Shown one piece after another: positions 15,625 through 29,234 of a DNA stretch of 64,000 bases (positions are counted from its first letter, which is position 1; the number at the start of each line of letters is the position of its first letter). The notes under the pieces were generated by a model. The model did not search any database and was not told where the DNA came from. It saw nothing but the letters and a program-made list of their open reading frames with translations. Source of the stretch: Eledone cirrhosa (taxonomy: Eukaryota). The stretch is from NCBI GenBank assembly GCA_964016885.1, contig OZ024742.1, positions 192,882,001 to 192,946,000 of the forward strand, given 5' to 3'. Both the position numbers and the translations under genes were made by a program.

Positions 15625-16815
15625 GATGTCGTTGGTGTTTTCCTACTCTGTTATTTTGCTACGGAGTTGTTGTTGGAATCTGTTGTGTCTGGGTTTGAAT
15701 TTAATGCTCTTGACCAGGTGGTAACGGTCACTCGAATGGTGAGAGCATAGGGTTCGAAGGGGGAGATTTTTAGGTATTGAATCCGAATCTCCTCCAACAA
15801 AGCTTATATAGGATTAACCGCGTGTGACTTCAAACCTCGGCTCTACCAACACCGACATACTTTCCAAAACCGGTCCGGCGACACGCCACGACACTTTCGG
15901 GACACATCTAGGACCTCCAAGATAATAATATAACCTACAATCTCATTTGGAGCTTACTGTCCAGAGTTAACTCTTACATGGGAGGACGCCGTCCGTGTAA
16001 CTTATGCTCGGAGGAAACATTACAAATGCTGTTTTCGAAGGACCAACTCCTAAACAAGAAAGACGATTGGTAACCGCATGCAAACACAGATTGCATAGGA
16101 GTTACCTCGCCATCAAACCCCATAACGTCCGGGGTGGGTAGACAAGGGCTGATACATCCCCACACTTGCCGAATAAGTTAGGGGAAACCCCAGCTTACAT
16201 AGGTAGTTGTATATCTTTTCTTTTCCTCTTTGTCTTCTTCTTCCCCCTGTCCCATCCTACCACTTCCATCCACCCCCTATTTTCTTCCTCGTCTGCTTTT
16301 CCCCTTTCGCCTACCCCGATGCAGCCCATCGGGCCTCGGTAGCATCAGTTCCCCTACCCCTGTAATTTTAAGATAGAATTGGCCGAATACGTTTTACTAA
16401 CTACTTATAGCAGACGTGTTAAACCCCTTTAATTTTGTATCAGTTTTGTAATTTCTACAAGTTATTTCTATTCTCAACTTATTAACCTGTAATTGTAAGA
16501 CATCATTGTGATTTTATTAATTCATTTCTCACTATCTAATTTTATATATATATTTTTTATTTCTTTCTTGTATCTTTTATTGTCTCCTACTCTCATTCGA
16601 TTTACCTAACTCCCTCCTCCACTTCATACACCATCCTTAGAATCTGCTTTATACATATCCCTTTCAACGCCTGACTGCTCCACTCACTCCCCTACTGTTC
16701 TACAGGCAAGTTCACCCACCCCTACCTCCCACCAAATGCCATGATAGACCTATTTGTGTTTACAACAAACTTTAACCATCCTCTTGACAACTACAATCTT
16801 CCCATATAAGGAAGT

Positions 16816-16912
16816 ACCCCCTTGACAAGTTCGGCTATTTATTCACCAGGCTAAAAAATCTAATTTAGTCCAGAAATAGCCGTCGAAACGGCTTGAGCTC
16901 TGCCGTCGGGGT
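16816..16912 (+). ncRNA. Hammerhead ribozyme, U3:A8 variant (TTGACAA)
   Basis: accccc-TTGACAA-gtt cggctattt...aaatagccg tc-GAAA-cggc ttgagctct gccg-TC-ggggt. Confidence 0.8.
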
Positions 16913-17118
16913 CTTACTTTTTCCTATTTCCCACTCTACTACCCTATGTATTGAGTACTCTGGTGCGTTATGGTCCATCTGGTTCCTTACTACAATTCCT
17001 TTGTTATATATATATTTATATATATATATATATATAACGAAGGAAATGTGGTAAGGAACCAGGTGGACCATAACGCACCGAAACGGCTTGAGCTCTGCCG
17101 TCGGGGTCCTACTCGTTC

Positions 17119-17151
<33 letters not shown>

Positions 17152-17206
17152 TATTGAGTACTCTGGATCTTTATGGCCAACCTGGTATCCTGCCACACCC
17201 TATTTG

Positions 17207-17238
<32 letters not shown>

Positions 17239-17243
<5 letters not shown>

Positions 17244-17553
17244 CATACTTAGGGAAGGTCATGCTGACGATTAATTTTTACTTCAATTTATTATAAATTT
17301 CCGGTTGGTTGGTCTAATAACCGGATGGTTGTTTATATATTTCGTTACACAATCTGTGACGATCTCACTGATTGATTTATGATTTTGTGTCTCTCCTTTG
17401 TACTCTTATACACCAAGGTGGTGTATGACAGAATAAGGTAGAGATACAACATTATTTACCCAACCAACAGGACATTTATAATAAATTGAAGTGAAAATCA
17501 ACAGGTGCGTGTGTCTTTATTGGCAGCATGACCCTCCCAAATTATAACAATAT
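17239..17553. repeat. Old imperfect palindrome (MITE-like or decayed fold-back)
   Basis: gggaaggtcatgctg/cagcatgaccctccc and cttcaatttattataaat/atttataataaattgaag, with a central tatacacc..ggtgtat hairpin. Confidence 0.7.
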
Positions 17554-18004
17554 CTGTTACAACTCAGATAAGAAATCTTGCAAAACAAATTAAAAAACGA
17601 AGCATATACGATTGCTTATACTTAATTATGGTTGATTATGCTTGATTACTGACAAATATATACGTATAATACATATAAATATAGAAAAAAATGTGGTATA
17701 TTGCTATGGTTGAAGTGTGTACAGACGTAACAGATTTAAAGGAACGAAAGAAGAGAAAACACAAATGCACAAATGATAGAACAGTTGCCATCTTAGCCAA
17801 AGAAACAGATATTGTTAGAAACGGTTGCCCCGCATCATTTAAATATTTCTCTTTACCTTCTTAAAAGTGGAATGGATGATACATTTGTCAATTTAGTCAA
17901 TGATGACGATTGATTCTTGTCAGCTCAATGATGAGCATTCGATCGTTCAATGAACTAGTTGTCAGTCAGATATGTGAATTTACAGGAAAGTGGGTGGTTA
18001 TGTA

Positions 18005-18262
18005 TATCACAGATGTCTGTACCCTTAACATAATTCTTAGTCAGGATCAACGTAAGACAAATATGTGACAAAGCCGGACCATTTGAAATACAGGTATTTT
18101 CCATTTCAAGGGTTTCACACTGTTTTACCTCCGTAGTTAATTTCATTTACAGGCTTCAGTTGACCAGCGTTTATGGTGAAAACAATTGCTTAAGATGTCA
18201 TGATCCAACCCGGTTCTTCATGATTGAAAAGCAATCTTCTTAATCACGCAGCCATGCTTGCG
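18005..18262. mobile_element. Dispersed SINE-like repeat, family B (related copies ~20310-20612 and ~24430-24620)
   Basis: The three sites share related segments of the type ..gtgacaa(a/g)gc(c/t)gg(a/t)cc(a/t)ttgaa(a/t)tacag. Confidence 0.55.
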
Positions 18263-18884
18263 TCCTAGAAATAATATGTCGGAAAATAAGACGACGTGGT
18301 TATAGCTGGAATACCTTCAATCAATTTTCGGCTTGATCATGTCTGACCTCGGAACACACTTCGCATGTTCTACCACCTTGATCAACGTTTAATCAGGACT
18401 GATCACTGGTCAAATATCTGGTTTTACAAACTGTAACAAGACCGACCTGACTCCAAACAGCTAGTGTTCTCCCATATTTTTGCATATTTAAACTGAATTG
18501 TCCAACGATTCTTTCATATTTTACAGCGTGTAGCATGTGTGAATTGAGATAGTTTTGGTTGATATTTCTTGCAAATTAAATGACTATGCAATGCATATCA
18601 AAACTAATCGATATGGACTTCAGGAGGCCTAATGAATTATCGGATCAAAGCCTGATATTTATAAAAGAAATGAAAATGTATAAAATAATTTTAAAAGGTA
18701 GTTGCTACCAAGCAGATGATTATAATAATCGGTGATAACTATGAATAATACTTAAATAAAAGGCTAAAGCATAATTTTCCTGCCTTCAGGTGTATTTTAT
18801 CTGATTTAATCTATTAATGATTATAGCTATCAATTATCATTATAGTTATAAACATTGTTTAAGGTCTAAAGTATGCCTCAATCC

Positions 18885-19112
18885 AGAAAGCTCGATAGGA
18901 GGGTGCTTATCCCGGTTTCGTGACGTGAAGCGAATAAGTACAAGACGCCAGTTCATTGCAGTGTTAGAGCACAAGCTATTGCTGATACTCACTTTCAGTT
19001 GAGTATACTGGCGCAACGTTAAATGAAGTGTTTTGTTTAAGAACACACACACAACCCTGTCCAAGACTCGAACACATTACAGTCCAACACCCTTACAACT
19101 AAGCCACACGCC
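18885..19112 (-). mobile_element. Degenerate tRNA-SINE (related copy ~23720-23890)
   Basis: gtgttttgtttaagaacacac..gactcgaac..ctaagccacacgcct resembles the reverse of the family A head. Confidence 0.55.
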
Positions 19113-19244
19113 TCTACTCTTTTAACATTGTAGCCACTATATTTTCGAATTTCCCAATGCTTCATAAGTCATTCAATCTTGTTTATATAAAATAATACAA
19201 TAAAATCAAATTTGTTTATAAAGAATACTGATTTACATATAATT

Positions 19245-19845
19245 AGTATTTATTGGGGCCGTTTTCACGAGTTATGCAACTCAGGAGGCTGAATGAAATA
19301 CAAGAAATGTATACTGCTGGTGCAGTAATGCACCAACTTCAGCATTCAGTCGCCAGAAAATGGTAGGAAAGTTAAAAGCCGAACACGCTATCTTCATTTC
19401 GGTGTCCGTGCTTACATTTACATATGGTAATGAATCTTGAAAAATGACCAAAAGAATATGATCATGAATAAAAGCGGTTGAAATGGGGTTCCTCGAAAGA
19501 GTCTTTGGAGTAATGTTATTCAATAGAGTATGTAGCTCAGACATCTAGGATTCGCTCCAGGTAGAGACCTTATTTCTATGAATCTAGTTATCACAGTTCC
19601 GGTACTACGAATATGTGATTAGAACGTGTAAGGAAAAAATCGCTGGTCAGATTTTAGTTTCAAAGCCTAACGGGAGGAGATCTGAGGGTAGACTACAAGC
19701 AAGATGGCTGGATTACATCCATTACATCGATTGGTTGTGCTTGGGCATCTTGCAGGATCAATTGGAGACGGTTGCTTCAGATACAACCCATAGGAATGCC
19801 TGTCTGAGGTCTTTGTCAAAATGATCCCACCCAAGAATAAGTGGG
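19245..19845 (+). pseudogene. RTE-clade LINE 3' fragment
   Basis: LTFTYGNES*KMTKRI..IKAVEMGFLERVFGV..QFRYYEYVIR..GRRSEGRLQARWLDYI, typical of the RTE/Expander C-terminus. Confidence 0.85.
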
Positions 19846-20627
19846 CGAAGTAGTAGTATTTATCTATTTATTTTATATTCTGTTTACTCAGTTATTTAAT
19901 CACCAAGATATACCTCTCAGCCAAGGATGTAGAATTCCCTCGTCCCTGTTATATTTATTTAGCACCCCTTTTTATCTTTCTGTTTATATTTCAATTCATT
20001 CTAGAAATGTTTTCGTCATTGTATACTTTTGTTTAACAATACATTTATAACCGTTTATTTACTTATTTAATTTTGTACTTGTTTGGTTATGGAACATTCC
20101 ATTTTTATACATGCAGGTAGTCAAGGATTCCGCGAAAACGTCGATGATCTAAAATGTTTTGGGATCCTTACTCGAGAAGATCTATTTATCTATTCTTGCT
20201 ATTGTTCCTTTTGTTGGTTGTCGACAATATGAAATAATTCTCGTTTGCCGTTTATTACAAACATCAACAGAAATAGTAACGACTGGAAATATGTATGTTC
20301 CTCCGTTCCTTTAGATGAGGAACTTTTCAATTGTTCGATAAATGGAACAGCCTGTTCAAGAAATGAACCTGAAAGTGGCTGAGCATTCCACTGCCACGTA
20401 ATTCCCCTTGGGATTCAATGTGGTAAGGCTGGTCCTTTGAATTACAGATACAGTGTATCAGACGGGCAGTTTCTGTTTATCTAATATTACTCACAAGTTA
20501 GAAGACAACCCGAGCCTATGAAAAAGGACCCTCGACCGAAATCTCAGGCAATGGCATCGAAGCTGGGATCTAATGATTGCGAAGCAAACTTCTGAACCAT
20601 TCGACCATGCTGCATTCACAATAGTCT

Positions 20628-20843
20628 CGAGGGGGTGTTGAACATTTCTGGCTTTGGGTAAAATATATTACAGGAGGATCAGTTAATTATGATTTTATGC
20701 AACATATTCCCCTCTATGATTGACAAACTTATTGCAGCAGTCCTTCAGTTTTTCTAAGCCCTGTAAAAAGAACTCAGAAGGTTGGGCTTTCCACTAAGTC
20801 TCTGTAGCAGCGATCAAGCCAGGAACCTTTCGGAAACCCCTCA
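20628..20843. mobile_element. Mariner-derived MITE
   Basis: TIRs cgagggggtgttgaacatttctggctt / aagccaggaacctttcggaaacccctca|TA. Confidence 0.7.
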
Positions 20844-22298
20844 TATGTTTCTCGTACATCATGTTGGGAATTATCGATTATCATCATTTAATATTAATCA
20901 CCACGAAACAAATTATAATATATCAATTAGTTTAAAAAATACGTTTGTTTATGTCAGGATATAATCTTATTATTAATCATGTTGCCTCATTAATTCGAAG
21001 AAATCTATGAAATATAAGAAATAATCAAATTATTTGAAGTTCATGTGCGTGTGTGTGAGTTTGTTTTCTTTTTATGAGTGTGTGTGTGCCAATAACTGTG
21101 CTTATGTGTGTTTGCTTCACTCTGAGATTGTTTGTACGTCTGACAGTGGATGCGCGTGTTTATGAGTGTGCGTGGCAGTATGCGTCTATGTGTGTATGTG
21201 TGTGTGTGTATGTGCGTGTGTGTATGTGTGTGTATGTGTGTGTGTGTGTGTGTATGGAGGTGTATATGTGTTTGTTTTCTATTCCTACATACATATTTCT
21301 CCGTTTACCTACGCAGTTAATCCCACTGGGAAACGCAAAATAAATGCTATAGAACTTTCCATTGTTTTCATATAAGTATATGACAGTACAATAACATGAA
21401 ATATCAGTGAATTGACAGCGCCATTAGATCATTCCATAGAATGATTCCATCTATTCCTTCCGGTCTTCAGATCTCTGAATTCAAATTTAACCATAGTCAA
21501 CTTCACCTTTCATAATTGGTGACCGATGAATAAAGTACCAGCACAATACCGCGGATAATATTTCCTCTAATTTCTTTATCAACCCCACTTTATCATTTCT
21601 TCTCCTTCACTAGAAGAAATCGGCTGTGTTCAAATCTGGAGAGGAATGGACTCCCCGTACTCGGGAAACGTGATGCGAAGTATGTTGATGTAATTGACGA
21701 CAACAAAACATTCGCCCGTGGAAACCATGCTTATACCTTAGCCGAATTTCCAAAGCTAGGGCTTGCAACCAGTCAATATTCCCAAACCTTAGGGTTGCAA
21801 TGAGCCACATTTCCAAACCCAGGGGGTGCAACCGACAGTTTTCACATAAATGTATTCCTAAACGGAACGATGTTCTAAGAAGTCATGCAATTAACCGAAC
21901 TAGCAGAAAAACCACACTACGGGTTGTTTTCTGCTAGCATGTGTAGTGTGTATATTGATATTATACACAAATATATATGCATGTAAATATGATACATCAA
22001 ATAAAATCGTAATTGACAATATACACAGAAATTGAACAAAGCCTATGTTACACTGTCTTCTGTAATCTTTAATCCATAATATATTAAAAACAAGACGACA
22101 TTATATATAAACTGCATTAGGAGAAAATTAACGACGGAATATAAGTTATAATATAACGGCCGCTAACCGGAAGTGTTGACATTTGATAATTTTTAAGAAG
22201 TGAATTTTAAAGATTAAGCTATAAAATATATTTAATCAACAGCCACTAAATTTAGCACATACATTATGTAATATTCATTCATTATTTATTAAAGTAAT

Positions 22299-22489
22299 TA
22301 AAGAGGGCGGTGGATTGGCAGTATCGGTAGAGGGTCGGACGCCATGCTTTCCAGCATAGTTACGTCCCTTTACGATCTGAGTTCAAATCCCGCCGAGGTT
22401 GACTTTGCCTTTCATCCTTACGGGGTCGATAAAATAAAGTACCAGTAATGCACTGGGTAATTGCTGGCATTGTGCCTAAAGTAGAAACA
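22299..22489 (+). mobile_element. tRNA-derived SINE, family C, with an 18-bp TSD
   Basis: B-box GAGTTCAAATCC and body gactttgcctttcatccttacggggtcgataaaataaagtaccag. TSD attatttattaaagtaat at 22281-22298 and 22490-22507. Confidence 0.88.
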
Positions 22490-24700
22490 ATTATTTATTA
22501 AAGTAATCCAACTTAGTTTACAAACGGGGTAAAAAAATATATTCTGGACGCAATCCCGCAGACCTTCCTTTATTATAGTTAAGATTCTGTAATTATATAA
22601 TATGCAATTAAGTAGACTCAATTGTATATAGTTTCTCAGCTTATTTCTAATGATATGCTTTGTTACTGCCCTTATATTATACCCGTATTTGACTTAAAAG
22701 CTGTATTCTAAAGATTTGCTGACATGTCAACATCAGAGTTTCATATCAATAGACTTGAGTTGTCCCTACACATCTTTCAGCTATGTTTAAATGAATATAT
22801 TATTTTATCCGTCATTTAAAGTTGCAAGTCTTTTATGAAGTTCCAGGCTTTTGTACTTGTTACCACTTTCACTATTTAAACATCAGTATGTTTCAATCGA
22901 ACAGACTGAATTTTATCTCTTTTTCTTTTCTGCCCGCAGCTCTGCTTGATGAAACTTTAGTTCAATAGAATTATGCATGCACCATGTTTTATACAACCAT
23001 TGAAATACGTGTAGCAACGTCTTTGTATTAATTATTGCATTATAAATGGAGAAAAATTGGGAGACTGTTGGTAGAGTGTTGGATAATTTGCCTTGTCGTA
23101 TATGTTCTGGCTGCTTAATTCTGAATTCAAACCACGCTTGTCTAAATTGGAAACCATCATTAGGGATTTAGGATTGACAAAGAGTTTAGATAGCTGCATG
23201 TAGTATTTTGTGATATTACATACAGATCAATCTATATCGAGGTTGAATTTGCATTTCGTCACATTCGGATCAATAAAATGCTTATCAAACAATAAAACTG
23301 GGGTCGGTATAATTAATTATATTAAGGTCTGCAAAATTCCGCCATGGTTAACTTTATTTCATTGCCAGTCCAGGATGGTACATTGACAACATAGTTAGAA
23401 AATTGAGCAAATGGACTAGCAGTATTGGTTCCGTCCCTATGGATTCCGAATTCCAATCCTTCCGTGGCATAATTCGATTGTAGATTTAATACCCTGACCC
23501 ATTTAACACCAATACCACGCATTTTGATGACTTTAGCAGTCTTCTCTGTTACAAGTATTCGACGCAGGCCTCTTATTTGTGGGTTAACTTCCTTCCGGTG
23601 AACCAGTTTCAGAGGCCCTGAAAAAGGTCGTGCCAGGAGGCTGGTGCTTCGTGCTTGTTTCATTTTTCATCGGTTTAAGTGACTGGTAGTACGACATTCC
23701 TTTCTTGACTGAACTTCAGTCCATTACAACGGTAACCTTAAACTACTCCTGGTACTTATTTTCAGCTGAGTGTACTAGACCAAAATGAAATATAGTTTTT
23801 GCTCCTGAAAACAACGCGCCACCTACTGCTGGAATTGAACCAACGTTATTGTGATCATAAGCCCAACACCTTAATCACTAGACAACGCTTTTTAATTAAA
23901 TACTAAGAAAAACAGCAGCCAAGTCGGTCTAATATTACAATCTATAATCTAAAAATGGAAGGACACCTCGAGTAATATATATATCTATATACGGTATATT
24001 TGAAAGATATACGAGATGTTCACATCTGGAACGCCTTTGTTTACTTAAAATATAAGATCAGTTTTGCATTCTGTGTGTCTATTCACAGTTATAAGGACAC
24101 GATAACAGCCAGCACTGGTTACAAGATTGAACTGCCGAACATTTCTTTATCTGGCAGTTTGCCTTGGCTATCATCCGCTTTATATTTTCTTCCACGTAAA
24201 ATAGGATAGAGAGGAAGGGAGTATCTTAACAAGTCCTCATGAAGTATATGTAAATTAAGTAGGTCAGGATAGAGGAGAGGTAGTAGATATATTAACAATT
24301 CCTCTATGTCACAGTTTAAGATTTTCGACTCCACTTGAGGCAATTACTGATTATATACACATATATTTATATACAGCATATATATGTACATACAACATAT
24401 GTATGTACATACAAAGAATGGTCGTCCATCGCTTTCGAAGATGACTGTTCCAGTTGTTTGATCAGCGGAACAACCTGCTCATGATAAAAACGTCTACGTG
24501 GTCAAGCATTCTACAAGAATTACACAAACACGTGTGTCAATCTCAGGGAGATTCAGCGTAAAGTAGTGTCACACAGAATTTGTTCTTTGAATTACAGACA
24601 CAGTTTACCCGACGTGTTCTGAATCAGTTTTCTTGTATATGAGTAAATACACATGTAGATCTATAGAGCTCAATCTGATTAATATAATCAAAACCTCTCT

Positions 24701-24759
<59 letters not shown>

Positions 24760-24847
24760 TCATTTTCTCCAGTGTGATTTTATAAGAAAGAGTAGAAATA
24801 TACATAGACTGTGTCACTACTGATTTTGTCTAATATTCATATCATAA

Positions 24848-26342
24848 AGGCAGGTCCATGCCGTCCAACAGCGTCGTCGGGCGCTGGACGGACGGATCGG
24901 TTAAATTGCTAGGAGTAAGGTTCGGTCCGGACCTCCAGACAGACAAAAACTGGGACGAGGTGACGAGCAGGGTGGTTTCTCTCATCCAGAAATGGGCGGA
25001 GTGGAAGCTATCCCTGAAATATCGAGCGGAGGTGGCTAACGGGTACACCGCGTCCGTCATCTACTACCGCCTGACCATCGTGCCTTGTCCTATGCCTCGC
25101 CTGACTGCGCTGGAGCATTTGCTCTTTCGCCTTTTGTGGAAAGGACGCGCTCCGATGGACAGGCGGTCCATCTGCTGTCAACACCCGCTACGTGGAGGGC
25201 TGGGCATGCCGTGGCTGATGATGCTCAGACACGCACTCAGGCTACGACATCTGCACCTCTTCCGCGGCGGTGATCAGGTGTGGTCGCCGTTTGCTAGACG
25301 CGTCTTTCCCCAGCTCGTCTCCTTGACGGAGCTGCAGTCCTGGGTCAAGCGAAGACCGAGAGGGAGCGCTTGGAGACTGGAATGTCTTCAGGCGTTCAAC
25401 AGCCCTCGACCAATCAGGCAATGTGATCGGTGGAAACTCCATCTTGGCGTTCTATAGTCGATTAGTGGGGGGGGGGGGAGAACGACGACGTACTTGGGGA
25501 AACTCTAGGCGTCGAAGAAAATCAACTGGCCAATCTCTTCGGAAGGACTTTCGGGCCGGGGCCTATGGACAACTTCCAGAAATCCCTGGCCTGGCAGTGC
25601 TACCTATGTGATTTGCCAGTTCGGGATAAACTCTACAGGCATGGAAGTGCCGTCAGCCGGGCATGTCCGAGATGCGCGCAGGGCGACGAAACCGTCCTGC
25701 ACGCACTCGTCTAGTGTCCGAGCATTGCTGAGTTGTGGGTTTATGTCGTACACCTGCTGTCGCGTGTAGGACGGATCCCGCTATCAGCTGAGACTATCGT
25801 GAGGATTTCCCCGCCTTCTTCCTTTAGCCCGGAAGGGCAGGCAATTTTTATCTGTCTGGTGACCATGGCGAAAGAGATAGTATGGTGGACGCGTTTGAAA
25901 GGACTGAAGACGGGTACTTACCTCTTCGGTGATGCTCTGATTAACTTTTTCAAATTTCATTTAAAAAGGAAAATCAGGGTAGAGAGGGAAGTGCTCTCTT
26001 CTTCCCAGCATTTTGTTGAAAGATGGGTGAGAGAGGCAAGAATGGCTAGTATGTGCCTGTAAATTGAAGGTGGAAAACTGGGAGAGGGCACTTGCCCTGG
26101 TGGTCAGGGTCACCGTGGCTTTTTTTAAAGGGCTTTCTCCACGAATGTCCCCCGGAAGTCTCCCCCCTATTGGGGAATTTTTCGTTGTTTCGTTTTGTTA
26201 CATCCTATGTTTTTTTGTTTTTTTACACGCAGACATGCCCAATTGTACCGTCCTGTATTGTCCTGCGCTGTCTTTAATGTCTACTTTGTGTAAACCCTTG
26301 TGGTTAATAAAGAAAGCATTATTATTATTATTATTATTATTA
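24848..26342 (+). mobile_element. 5'-truncated Tx1/L1-clade LINE (copy C) with a (TTA)n tail
   Basis: Highly similar to the reverse complement of 38707-40186. It ends gtggttaataaagaaagca(tta)n. Confidence 0.93.
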
Positions 26343-26583
26343 GTATTGATGGCCTTGTGCCGAAAAGTAGAAACAATTATTATTATTATTAGTAGTAGTA
26401 GTAGTATTTTTGTTGTTGTTGTTGTTGTTATTTGTTGCTTTGTTGTTATTTGTTGTTATTTGTTGATTTATTCATTTGAATTTCATGCCGTGATATCGCT
26501 CAATGAGTTTACATAAATCCTCACACTTTGTTCAGAAGGATGATGTAGGATTATAAACTTCCTCAATTTTCTTTTTATACCAG

Positions 26584-26667
26584 ACCTTCTGAAAGCCAAA
26601 ATAAACAGCAATGACATTGATGCAGTGAAGAAAACAAAGATGGCTTATGAATCATGCACGGGCATGT
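26584..26667 (+). CDS. Exon of a host M13-family metallopeptidase (neprilysin/ECE-like)
   Basis: ctttttataccag| ... |gtgagt. Phase 1-1, encoding xLLKAKINSNDIDAVKKTKMAYESCTGM, which aligns with neprilysin [27 protein letters not shown]. Confidence 0.8.
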
Positions 26668-27682
26668 GTGAGTATGAACACAGACGGAGAACATTTGCTC
26701 TTATTAATGCTATTATCAATGTTTTTGTGGGAGACACGTATAAGAGTGTAAATATGTCGTATTTGCCTATCACCGCAAGCATGGCCAAATATTTAAGAAT
26801 TTTACTTCAAATTTAAGTGTTTCTATGATATCTTTGCCATTTGCCTTTCAGTCTTGGCTTACGAAATCTGCGGGAAAATGGGTAGATGGAAACTGTACGT
26901 AAGCATACATTATATTTGCAACTTAAAATGCAGAAATGTCAGATACAATGTCACGGTGATTCTACCCCAGGAATAGGTTAAGGATACACATATTAAAAAA
27001 TGCTAAACCATGTTTATGTTAATTCAGTTAGCAAGTAGTTCAGTTGATTGAAGAATTCAATACCCCACGTCAAAAGCGGCGAACGACCATTTATCGCTCT
27101 ATGATACGGAATATACACTTTTCGTGCCTTGTCATCTTTGATGTTGTTATTCTTGAATAGCCTCTTTCTCCCATGTCAATCATGATCCAGCATAGCAAAG
27201 CAATGATCAAATATGTTCCAACCAGGACCATGCTATTTATTTATGGCCTTTTCGTTCTATATTATCTAACATCAATTATTCCCGCCCTTCATCTTCTGAG
27301 TAGAAAGTAAAAGAAAGAAACAACAGGAAGAAAAGAGACCAAGCACCATTTAATTGCCTTCAACATATTTTACATAGCATGTTGTCAATGTTACAACTCA
27401 ATATTATAGCTTTATCTGTATATATATATATATATGTATATATACAGATGGGATAACTCTGATATAAAACCTGCAGCTCAGTAGTTACCGATGATGTTGA
27501 TCTCTTCTTCTTTTCGGGTTATAGCTACTGTCGTTCAGAGTGTGAGATTGGCTCAGTGCACAGTCTTTCCTCATTTAAAAAAAATATCTTCACGCACAGG
27601 CATTTCACGATAGAATTAATTAATAATTATTAATAATGGTATATCGTGCAATGGCATACTCAATAACGAGGGGGCAGCCATC

Positions 27683-27770
<88 letters not shown>

Positions 27771-27844
27771 ATGGACGCATCTTAGCTATCATAAGACATA
27801 TGTATATATATATATATATGTATGTATATATGTATGTATGTGTG

Positions 27845-27917
<73 letters not shown>

Positions 27918-28221
27918 TATATATGTATGTATATATATATATGTATGTGTATGTGTATGTATATATATGTATGTATATATCTATATGTATGTATATTCTT
28001 CTGGTTTTATAATTTCACAAAGTTTTACCAATAGGGAGAGTCGGTTTCTAACATAGACACAAGACTCTCTCATTGGAATTTACACAACATCACCTAGGTA
28101 GATATGTATGTATGCATGCATGTGTATATATGGATGTTATTGTATGTGTGGATGTGTATGTTTTGAGTTGTATGTGTGCATGTGTATATGCTTTGTATCT
28201 GTACATGTGTATATGCAGTTA

Positions 28222-28515
28222 TTAGATGCAACATTTTTGGAATGTTTTACATATTTTTACTGTTCCATTAATGGATTGTACTTGTAGTTTCTTAACTAGT
28301 TGTGTTCTTTCTGTTCCTGTGAAGCCTAGCATCTCAAGATTTGTATTGAGGCAGTTACTAACATATCCCAGTGCTCCAATAATCACAGGCATAAATCTGA
28401 AGGTGCAATCATAGTGGAGTATCGGCAGATTTCTCATCAGTTCTGCATAAATATTCTCCTTTTCATTAATCTTTGATATTATATTGGCATCTGCTGGGCA
28501 GCTAATTTTCACTAT
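28222..28515 (-). pseudogene. R4/Dong-like LINE, restriction-like endonuclease C-terminus
   Basis: IVKISCPADANI..KINEKENIYAEL..PVIIGALG..L..LG. Confidence 0.78.
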
Positions 28516-28601
28516 ATGTATGTATATGTATATATGCATATATGTATGTATATGTGTATGTATATGTGCATGTATGTATGTATATATGTATGTATTTATG
28601 T

Positions 28602-29189
28602 CAGGTCACCAGTTGGTGCTACTGGTAACATGTATTCCTGTAAGACCCGTCCCATGGTCGGGTCGTTGTCGACTAAACTGGCAACCCAACCAAGATTTCT
28701 TGGGACATCCTGCAGGACTAAAAACAAAACCTGTCAAAGGGCAAAGGAGCTCTTAAGAGTCAATGGCCATCCAAAATCACCGGGAGAGATGACCCCTTAG
28801 CCTTTGTCAAGGCAGAATTCTAGGAGAAGGAAAACTCTGATATAACACCTGCAACCCTGATGGTATCCGATGATGTTGACTTGTTCTTTTTGGTAAATAT
28901 CATCTTGGTTAAGAGAGTGGGACTGGTTTTGTGCAGTGCCTTTGCTCATTATAAAAGCTTCACGGCACAGGCATTGCTTTATATCTGGAGATCTCTCTGC
29001 ACTTGTCGTCACATGGTACCATGGGCCCAGCACTATGTATCAATAATTGTCACAAGTGTAGTGTTTGTACCAGAACTTTCAAGTTGCTGGCTGGACTAAA
29101 AAGTCACACTCGCTCAGCGCATCGGTAGGGGTTCTCTTACATGGATATAAAGTAGTGGCCGTACTCGAAAACGAGTTGGCAGCCACCAT
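28602..29189 (+). mobile_element. Non-coding dispersed repeat, probably derived from an RTE 5'UTR (copies at 45337-45792, 44767-44912 inverted, ~27447-27580 diverged)
   Basis: Close match to 45337-45792. It contains taggagaaggaaaactctga, a motif resembling RTE 5'UTRs. Confidence 0.65.
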
Positions 29190-29198
29190 ATGTATATA

Positions 29199-29230
<32 letters not shown>

Positions 29231-29234
<4 letters not shown>

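Larger units (their letters stand above)
12992..17005 (-). mobile_element. 5'-truncated Naiad-like PLE with a ~1.2-kb inverted copy of its 3' end
   Basis: Coding region on the minus strand, 13832-15760. 15795-17005 (+) is a diverged reverse complement of 12992-14162. Both ends sit in (TA)n. Confidence 0.9.

Noticed and set aside
21614-21802. Possible extra host exon after tccttcactag
   Set aside because: There is no recognisable M13 motif or convincing donor, and it runs into ~30-bp repeats.
28602-28692. HDV-like or twister ribozyme at the 5' end of the RTE-like repeat
   Set aside because: Only simple hairpins (accagt/actggt, gacccg/cgggtc) were seen. I could not assemble the required pseudoknots by eye.
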